From: Patescibacteria group bacterium
GTDB taxonomy: Bacteria; Patescibacteriota; Microgenomatia; PFEM01; JAHIFH01
Direction: 5' to 3'
Length of the DNA: 64,000 nucleotides
NCBI GenBank assembly: GCA_035529375.1
Contig: DATKWU010000017.1
Span: 2,579 to 66,578, forward strand
A program made the position numbers and the translations under genes. Below are positions 56,820-64,000 of this stretch, one piece after another. The stretch's first letter is position 1, and every line of letters starts with the position of its first letter. Under the pieces are notes generated by a model that saw nothing but the letters and a program-made list of their open reading frames with translations, was not told the DNA's origin and ran no database searches.

Positions 56820-59111
56820 ATGAAGAAAAAAGACAAAAATCTGCTTTGGTTTAATGAAGTTGACAAAGATGATATAAATTTGGTTGGTGGCAAGGGCGCT
56901 AACCTTGGTGAAATGGCTTCAACTGATCTGCCAGTGCCTAATGGTTTTATTGTTACCGCAGGTGCCTACTTCCAATTTATTAAAGAAAATAATTTAGAAA
57001 AAGAATTAGAAAAAGCCTATCAATTAGTCGATTTAGAAAGACCGGAAACAGTTGATCAAGTCTCCAAAATAATTAAACCTAAGATTGAAAAAGCAAGAAT
57101 TTCTGAGGAACTAGCCAAAGAAATAGTCTTTGCTTACGCTAAATTAGGCGGTCTTTTTAAAGACAGTTATGTGGCAATTCGTTCTTCAGCCACGGCTGAA
57201 GATTTACCAACCGCTTCTTTTGCTGGTCAGCAAGAAACTTTTTTGAATGTTAAAGGCGAAACCAACGTCGTTCATCGAGTTAGGGATTGTTGGGCCTCTT
57301 TGTTTGAACCAAGATCAATTTTCTACAGGGAGCAAAATAAATTCGATCACCTTAAAGTCGGTATCGCGGTTGTGGTTCAAAAAATGATTGGTTGTGATAT
57401 TTCTGGGGTAATGTTTACCATTAATCCTGTTACCAATGAAAAAAATCGAATTGTAATCGAAGCCATCTATGGCCTAGGTGAATTAATTGTCCAAGGAAAA
57501 GTAATTCCTGATAACTATGTTGTTAACAGAAATAATCTAGATATTATTAGTCGAGATATTAATAAACAAACAGTTCAATTAACTAAAGTAGGCACTTTAA
57601 ATAAACAAACTAAAGTTCCCAGTAAATTACAGGCTAAAAGAAAACTCAATGATAAGCAAATAGTTGAGTTAGCTAAATTGGGTAAAAAAATCCATCAACA
57701 TTATTTCTTCCCTCAAGATATCGAATGGGTTTTAATCAAAAATAAATTCTTTATTGTTCAAACAAGACCAGTAACCACCATTAAAGAAGAAAAGAAAAAA
57801 GAAAAAATTGAAGAAGAAGTAAAAAGAAAACCAATTCTCAAAGGTATTGCCGCTAGTCCAGGCATAGCTTCAGGTCCAGCTAAAATTATCAAATCGTCTA
57901 AAGAGATTAACAAAATCGCTTCAGGTGAAATTTTGGTGACAGCCATGACTACGCCTGATTTTGTCCCCGCCATGAAAAAAGCGGTGGCCATTGTTACTGA
58001 TAAAGGTGGTCAAACTTCCCACGCCGCCATTGTCAGTCGTGAGTTAGGTGTTCCTTGCGTTGTTGGTGCCAAAGAAGCCACCAAAAAATTAAAAACTGGT
58101 CAAGTCTTTACGGTTAATGGTAGTAATGGTGAAATCTATCAAGGCGGTTATCTTAACCAAACTCAATCTTCGCTTGAACCTAAAAAAGAACCAAAAAAAG
58201 CTTACCAACCAGCCTTAAAAACAGCTACTAAAATTTACGTTAATCTAGGCGAACCCCAATTAGCCGGAAAGATGGCGACAAGAAATGTTGATGGGGTTGG
58301 CCTTTTAAGAGCCGAATTTATGATGGCCCAGCTTGGCACTCACCCTAAAAAGATCATCAAAGATAAAAAGCAAAAAGATTTTATCAATAAAGTAAGCGAT
58401 GACATCAGTCAGATTTGCCACGCCTTTTATCCTCGACCAGTGGTTTACCGAGCAACTGACTTTAAAACCAATGAATACCGCAATTTAACTGGAGGTAAAG
58501 CCTACGAACCAGAAGAAGAAAACCCTTTACTAGGCTATCGGGGTGCCTTTCGTTATATCAGCGATGAAACTGTTTTTGAAATGGAATTAGAGGCTATTAA
58601 ACAAGTCAGAAAAAAACGAAGCCTTGATAACCTTTGGCTAATGATTCCTTTTGTTCGAACACCAGATGAACTCCAAAAAGTAAAAAAGATTATTGTTGCC
58701 AACGATTTATCTAGAAGTCCAAGCTTTCAACTTTGGCTAATGGTCGAAATTCCCTCAAACGTGATTCTCCTTGAGGAGTTTATCAAAGTGGGCATTGACG
58801 GCATTTCCATTGGCTCAAATGACCTGACGATGCTTCTTTTAGGTGTCGACCGAGACAGCGCCGAACTGGCTCAAGCTTTTAATGAACAAGATCCGGCTGT
58901 CAGTTGGGCTTTGGAAAAAACGATTAAAACCTGCCAAAAAAACAAAATAACGAGCTCAATTTGTGGTCAAGCCCCATCAGTCTATCCTGATTTGGTAGAA
59001 AACCTGATTAAGTGGGGAATTACCAGTATTTCCGTTAATCCAGACGCGATTGAAAGAACCAGGGAATTAGTTTACGAAGCGGAAAAAAGATTAGTAAAAA
59101 AAGATGGCTAA
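56820..59111 (+). CDS. ppsA: phosphoenolpyruvate synthase
   Basis: GGKGANLGE, SFAGQQ, TSHAAIVSRE, SIGSNDL. Confidence 0.96.
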   Translation: MKKKDKNLLWFNEVDKDDINLVGGKGANLGEMASTDLPVPNGFIVTAGAYFQFIKENNLEKELEKAYQLVDLERPETVDQVSKIIKPKIEKARISEELAKEIVFAYAKLGGLFKDSYVAIRSSATAEDLPTASFAGQQETFLNVKGETNVVHRVRDCWASLFEPRSIFYREQNKFDHLKVGIAVVVQKMIGCDISGVMFTINPVTNEKNRIVIEAIYGLGELIVQGKVIPDNYVVNRNNLDIISRDINKQTVQLTKVGTLNKQTKVPSKLQAKRKLNDKQIVELAKLGKKIHQHYFFPQDIEWVLIKNKFFIVQTRPVTTIKEEKKKEKIEEEVKRKPILKGIAASPGIASGPAKIIKSSKEINKIASGEILVTAMTTPDFVPAMKKAVAIVTDKGGQTSHAAIVSRELGVPCVVGAKEATKKLKTGQVFTVNGSNGEIYQGGYLNQTQSSLEPKKEPKKAYQPALKTATKIYVNLGEPQLAGKMATRNVDGVGLLRAEFMMAQLGTHPKKIIKDKKQKDFINKVSDDISQICHAFYPRPVVYRATDFKTNEYRNLTGGKAYEPEEENPLLGYRGAFRYISDETVFEMELEAIKQVRKKRSLDNLWLMIPFVRTPDELQKVKKIIVANDLSRSPSFQLWLMVEIPSNVILLEEFIKVGIDGISIGSNDLTMLLLGVDRDSAELAQAFNEQDPAVSWALEKTIKTCQKNKITSSICGQAPSVYPDLVENLIKWGITSISVNPDAIERTRELVYEAEKRLVKKDG

Positions 59112-60357
59112 GATAAAAACAATCCAAGCCAGAGAAATTCTTGATTCCCGAGGCAATCCTACTGTCGAAACAACCGTCATCCTCGATGACGATTCTCAGG
59201 CTGTTAATTCGGTGCCTTCAGGTGCTTCTCTAGGTAAATATGAGGCACTTGAACTCAGAGATGGTGATTCTAAACGGTATCAGGGTATGGGTGTTCTAAC
59301 CGCTGTTAATAATGTTAATACGATTATTGCTCCCAAACTCAAGGGAAAGGAAGCAACCGAGCAAATCAAAATAGACAAGTTCTTAATTGAACTCGATGGT
59401 ACTCCCAATAAATCTAAGTTAGGCGCCAATGCCATTCTTAGCGTTTCCCAAGGAATTGTCGAAGCCGCGGCTGTTAGTAAAAAGATACCCACCTACCAGT
59501 ATATTAATTCTCTCTATGGCTTTAAAAAAACCCAAAAATTGCCTGGTCCAACCTTTAACTTAATTAATGGTGGCAAACATGGGGCTGGTAATCTTGAGTT
59601 TCAGGAATTTCACATCATCCCTTCAACCTCTAAAACCTACAGTGAGGCTTTAAGAACGGCCGAAGAAATTTACCAAACGCTAGAGGATGTTTTAGTCAGT
59701 CATGGTGCGATTCACAGTGTTGGCGATGAGGGTGGTTATGCGCCTAATCTCTTCACCAATGCCGACGCTTTAGAACTTTTGGTTAGTGCCATTAAACAAG
59801 CTGATTATGTTCTTAATCGTGACGTTTTTCTGGGCTTAGATGTAGCGGCTGGCTCCTTTTACAAAGACGACAAATATCAAATAAAAGACCGCACGATGCC
59901 GATGCAAGTTGACGATTTGGTTGTCTTTTACGAAGAACTTAATCAACAATATCCTTTGTTTTCTCTAGAGGATGGTTTTTATGAAGATGATTGGGAAGGT
60001 TGGATTAAAATCACCCAATCCCTTACTAAAACAATCATTGTGGGCGATGATCTTTTAGCTACTAACAAAGAACGAGTGAGAGAAGCGATTAAAAAGAAAG
60101 CTTGTAATGGTATTTTGGTTAAACCTAATCAAATTGGGACGATATCAGAAACAATCTACGTTATTATGGAAGCCCGTGAAGCTGGATGGAAAATTATTGT
60201 TTCTCATCGAAGCGGTGAAACCAACGAAGATTTTATTGCCGATTTTGCGGTTGGGGTTAACGCTGATTTTACTAAATTTGGTTCACCGGCCCGAGGCGAA
60301 AGAGTGGCTAAATATAATCGTTTATTAGCAATTGAAAGTGAGATTAAAGAAAAATGA
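59104..60357 (+). CDS. eno: enolase
   Basis: ILDSRGNPTVE, GDEGG, SHRSGET. Confidence 0.97.
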   Translation: MAKIKTIQAREILDSRGNPTVETTVILDDDSQAVNSVPSGASLGKYEALELRDGDSKRYQGMGVLTAVNNVNTIIAPKLKGKEATEQIKIDKFLIELDGTPNKSKLGANAILSVSQGIVEAAAVSKKIPTYQYINSLYGFKKTQKLPGPTFNLINGGKHGAGNLEFQEFHIIPSTSKTYSEALRTAEEIYQTLEDVLVSHGAIHSVGDEGGYAPNLFTNADALELLVSAIKQADYVLNRDVFLGLDVAAGSFYKDDKYQIKDRTMPMQVDDLVVFYEELNQQYPLFSLEDGFYEDDWEGWIKITQSLTKTIIVGDDLLATNKERVREAIKKKACNGILVKPNQIGTISETIYVIMEAREAGWKIIVSHRSGETNEDFIADFAVGVNADFTKFGSPARGERVAKYNRLLAIESEIKEK

Positions 60358-62003
60358 ATGGTTTTAAATCAACCAGACCAAAGTCAGTCGTTTTAATTAT
60401 TATGGATGGTTGGGGAATGACTGCTGAAACTAGAGGTAACGCGATCGCCTTGGCCAAGACGCCTAACTTTGATCGTTTTTGGGCGGTCTATCCCCGAACT
60501 TTATTAGATGCTTCCGGAGAAATGGTTGGTCTGCCTAAAGATGATGATGGTAATTCAGAAACAGGCCATTTAAATATTGGTGCTGGTGGGATTGTTTTTC
60601 AGGAATTACCTGTAATTAATCTTTCCATTACTGATGGTTCCTTTTTTACTAACCCTGCTTTTTTCGAGACAGTCGATCATGTCAAAAAACAAAGTTCTCA
60701 ACTCCACTTGATGGGTTTGCTGGGAGCAGGTGGTGTCCATTCCAGTATGGCTCATATCTTCGCCCTTCTTAAATTAGCTAAAAATCAGAATCTTAATCAA
60801 GTTTATCTTCATCTTTTCACTGATGGTCGTGATTCACCACCAACCGCTGCCCCAATTTATATTAACCAGCTTCAGGCAGAAATAGAAAAAATTGGCATCG
60901 GTAAAATTGCTTCAATCATGGGCCGCTATTTTGCCATGGATCGTGATCAACGTTGGCAAAGAACGGAAAAAGCCTACAACGCTCTTGTTCTGGGAGAAGG
61001 AGCCAAATTCAAATCAGCCATTGAAGGCATTAATGCTTCCTACCAAGCTGATAAAACTGATGAATTCATTGAACCGTTTCTGGTTTTAGATGAAAACAAA
61101 ACTAATTTTATTAAAGACAACGATAGCGTTATCTTCTTTAATTTTCGAATTGATCGACCTCGTCAATTAACTAGAGCTTTTGTTCTGCCTGATTTTGAAA
61201 GATTGGTAATCGAAAAAACTGCTTTTGACCCTTATGCAGAAAGATATGGTATTAAGCAATATCATCCGTCTCAAACAAAAACAACCACTTTTCAAAGAAA
61301 AAAAATCCTCCAGAATCTTTTTTTTGTGACCATGACTGAATATGAACCCGATATGCCGGTTAAAGTTGCTTTTATTCCTGAAAAGGTCAAAATGCCGCTT
61401 GGTCGAGTCTTAGCCGAAAAAAACTTAAGACAATTTCATCTGGCTGAGACAGAAAAGGAACGCCACGTTACTTATTTCTTTAACGGCCGACGCGAAAGAC
61501 CATTTTTAGGTGAAGATCGAGCAGAGATTCCTTCGCCTAAAGTCAAAACCTATGATCTTCAACCAGAAATGTCTGCCTATGGAGTCACCGAAGAACTACT
61601 GAAGAGAATTAAAACTGGCTTTTATGATTTTATTATCGTCAATTACGCCAATCCTGATATGGTTGGTCATACTGGTGTTTTAGAGGCCGGGATTAAAGCC
61701 TGTGAAGTAGTTGATGATTGCATTGGCAAAGTTGCCCAAACAGTCTTCAATCTTGATGGTGTTTGTTTAATCACTGCCGACCATGGTAACGTAGAAGAAA
61801 TGATTGATTTGGAAACAAACAAACCGGACACAAAACACTCCACCAACCCGGTCCCTTTCATTGTTCTCCATAAGAAGTTTAATCAAGGCGGTCGAGTTTT
61901 ACCCAGAGGTATTTTAGCTGATATCGCTCCCACCATTCTCGAACTTTTGCAAATTGAAAAACCTGGCTTGATGACTGGCAGGAATTTGCTCAAAATATTA
62001 TGA
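60354..62003 (+). CDS. gpmI: 2,3-BPG-independent phosphoglycerate mutase
   Basis: DGWG, GNSETGH, DGRD, NPDMVGHTG, TADHGN. Confidence 0.97.
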   Translation: MNGFKSTRPKSVVLIIMDGWGMTAETRGNAIALAKTPNFDRFWAVYPRTLLDASGEMVGLPKDDDGNSETGHLNIGAGGIVFQELPVINLSITDGSFFTNPAFFETVDHVKKQSSQLHLMGLLGAGGVHSSMAHIFALLKLAKNQNLNQVYLHLFTDGRDSPPTAAPIYINQLQAEIEKIGIGKIASIMGRYFAMDRDQRWQRTEKAYNALVLGEGAKFKSAIEGINASYQADKTDEFIEPFLVLDENKTNFIKDNDSVIFFNFRIDRPRQLTRAFVLPDFERLVIEKTAFDPYAERYGIKQYHPSQTKTTTFQRKKILQNLFFVTMTEYEPDMPVKVAFIPEKVKMPLGRVLAEKNLRQFHLAETEKERHVTYFFNGRRERPFLGEDRAEIPSPKVKTYDLQPEMSAYGVTEELLKRIKTGFYDFIIVNYANPDMVGHTGVLEAGIKACEVVDDCIGKVAQTVFNLDGVCLITADHGNVEEMIDLETNKPDTKHSTNPVPFIVLHKKFNQGGRVLPRGILADIAPTILELLQIEKPGLMTGRNLLKIL

Positions 62004-63733
62004 AACAAAAAATCATTAGCGTTAAACAAAAGAAACTGAAAGTCAAACCTAATTTGGTTGATTACCAAAAAACCTATAATCATTTTGGTTGGCAAGAAGC
62101 CGAAAAAGAACTTGAATGGTTCCCTCAAAAGAAATTAAATGCCGCCTACAATGCGGTTGATCGTCATCTGGAAGGACCGAGAAAAAATAAAGTCGCTCTT
62201 TATTGGCAAGGAGAAAACGGTCAAAAACAAAAATATACTTTTAGAGAATTAAGCCAATTGTCAAACCAGTTTGGTAATGTTCTCAAGAAACTAGGAGTTA
62301 AAAAAGGCGAACGAGTTTTTTTCTTTCTGCCCCGCGTTCCCGAACTTTACTTTGGTTTTTTAGGCACCTTGAAAATTGGCGCCATTGCTGGTACTCTTTT
62401 CTCGGCTTTTGGACCCCAAGCCCTACTTGATCGTCTTCAAAACTCTGACGCCAAAGTTTTGGTCACCAACAAAGAACTTTACCAACGGGTGGCGAAAATC
62501 GAAAAGCAAACCAGTCTTAAAAAAATTCTTCTGATCGATACCGAGACTAAACAAAAAAAAGGCAAATATCCTCTCTCCGAATTAATCAAAAAGGCTTCCA
62601 ATAAATTAAGATGTGCTCGTATGGACCCAAGTGAACCGGCTTTCATGCTTTACACTTCAGGCACAACCGGCAAGCCTAAGGGTGTCGTTCACCGCCATCT
62701 TGCCATTCTTCAGGAACACCTGACCGCCAAATGGGTTTTAGATTTAAAAGAGAATGACGTTTATTGGTGCACGGCTGACCCTGGCTGGGTCACTGGTATT
62801 GCCTATGAAATCTTAGGTTCGTGGTCAAATGGAGCTTCGACTCTGGTTTATGAAGGTCGTTTTGATCCAGCTCAATGGTATCAACTTATTCAAGATTATA
62901 AAGTGACTGTTTGGTACACTGCCCCCACTGCCATTCGAATGTTAGCGGCTAAAGATACAAAAATTGTTAAAAAATATGATTTATCTTCTCTTCGTCATTT
63001 AGCTTCAGTAGGCGAGCCTCTAAACCCAGAAGCGGTCTACTGGGGTTTAAAAGCCTTTGGTTTGCCCTTTCATGATAATTGGTGGCAAACCGAAACCGGA
63101 GGTATTCTGATTGCTAATTATCCTAGTCTCCCAATTAAACCAGGCTCAATGGGCAAGCCCGTCCCTGGAATAAAAGCCGCTATTGTCAACGACCAAGGCA
63201 AGAAAATAGATACTAAGAAAATCGGCAATTTAGCTATCAAACCACCTTGGCCTTCAATGATGGCCAAGGTTTGGCACCGACCCAAGAAATATAAGAGCTA
63301 TTTTATCAATGGTTGGTACCTTAGTGGTGATTTAGCCTATAAAGATAAAGATGACTATTTCTGGTTTGTCGGTCGAGCTGATGATGTTATTAAAACCTCA
63401 GGTGAAAGAGTCGGTCCTTTTGAGGTTGAATCAGCTTTAGTCGCTCATCCAGCTGTAGCTGAAGCTGGTGTCATTGGTAAACCTGATCCTCTTCGGGGCG
63501 AGATAATCAAGGCCTTTATTAGTCTAAAACCCGGCCACAGGGGCTCTGAGAGCCTTAAAAAGGCTATCCAGAGCTTTGTTAGGAAAGAATTGGCTGGTCA
63601 CGCCTATCCAAGAGAAATTGAGTTCATGGACAGACTTCCCAAAACTAGGTCAGGTAAGATTGTTAGACGCTTACTCAAAGCCAAAGAATTAGATTTACCA
63701 ACAGGTGATGTTTCTACTTTGGAGGAATTTTAA
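62000..63733 (+). CDS. acsA: acetate--CoA ligase (AMP-forming)
   Basis: YTSGTTGKPKG, WWQTETG, GRADD, LPKTRSGK. Confidence 0.93.
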   Translation: MKQKIISVKQKKLKVKPNLVDYQKTYNHFGWQEAEKELEWFPQKKLNAAYNAVDRHLEGPRKNKVALYWQGENGQKQKYTFRELSQLSNQFGNVLKKLGVKKGERVFFFLPRVPELYFGFLGTLKIGAIAGTLFSAFGPQALLDRLQNSDAKVLVTNKELYQRVAKIEKQTSLKKILLIDTETKQKKGKYPLSELIKKASNKLRCARMDPSEPAFMLYTSGTTGKPKGVVHRHLAILQEHLTAKWVLDLKENDVYWCTADPGWVTGIAYEILGSWSNGASTLVYEGRFDPAQWYQLIQDYKVTVWYTAPTAIRMLAAKDTKIVKKYDLSSLRHLASVGEPLNPEAVYWGLKAFGLPFHDNWWQTETGGILIANYPSLPIKPGSMGKPVPGIKAAIVNDQGKKIDTKKIGNLAIKPPWPSMMAKVWHRPKKYKSYFINGWYLSGDLAYKDKDDYFWFVGRADDVIKTSGERVGPFEVESALVAHPAVAEAGVIGKPDPLRGEIIKAFISLKPGHRGSESLKKAIQSFVRKELAGHAYPREIEFMDRLPKTRSGKIVRRLLKAKELDLPTGDVSTLEEF

Positions 63734-63734
63734 A

Positions 63735-64000
63735 ATGAAACAATTCCTAATGGGTAATTATGTTTTAGCTCAAGCAGCTAAAGAAGCTGGGGCTAAAGTG
63801 ATGTTTGGTTATCCAATTACACCAGCTTCTGAAATCTTGGAAAAATGGACTGATTTTTGTTCTGAAAATAAAAATCTTTCCTATCTTCAAGCTGAAGATG
63901 AAATGGCCGCTGGTTTTGGCACCATTGGCGCTTGTTTGGCCGGTATACCAGCCTTTACGGCCACGGCTGGTCCAGGTAATGTTTTAATGCAAGATGCTTT
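63735..64000 (+). CDS. 2-oxoacid:ferredoxin oxidoreductase alpha subunit (runs off window)
   Basis: MKQFLMGN...GYPITPASE...QAEDEMAA...TATAGPG. Confidence 0.88.
   Translation, partial: MKQFLMGNYVLAQAAKEAGAKVMFGYPITPASEILEKWTDFCSENKNLSYLQAEDEMAAGFGTIGACLAGIPAFTATAGPGNVLMQDA

Overview
Chromosomal segment that looks like Patescibacteria/CPR (Microgenomates-like): AT-rich, many leaderless TATAAT-ATG starts and CPR-type gene content. Housekeeping flanks are gatB, dnaE, pyrG, two PRTases, a GC-richer folate/ECF operon and rplS on the left, and ruvC, holA-like, a PMM-PGI-ppsA-eno-gpmI-acs cluster and an OFOR alpha start on the right. Between them lies a ~35 kb accessory region organised around a split tRNA-Lys/tRNA-Glu pair. 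(1) Off the tRNA-Glu 3' end is an integron-like tandem array of five cassettes, four of them single-gene. They are separated by ~96-bp repeats (hairpin + tRNA 3' end + constant arm) that vary like protein-coding sequence. (2) A second single-gene cassette array with GCTG-core junctions is nested inside one cassette. (3) Two elements sit in tandem at the tRNA-Lys 3' end: a 2.15-kb NYN/tyrosine-recombinase element and a ~24-kb ICE. The ICE carries a large serine recombinase whose C-terminal tail lies at the opposite end of the element, a minimal T4SS, VirD4 and a Replic_Relax protein. Its cargo looks defensive and includes a LexA-methyltransferase fusion. All calls come from reading motifs by eye; no database searches were run.
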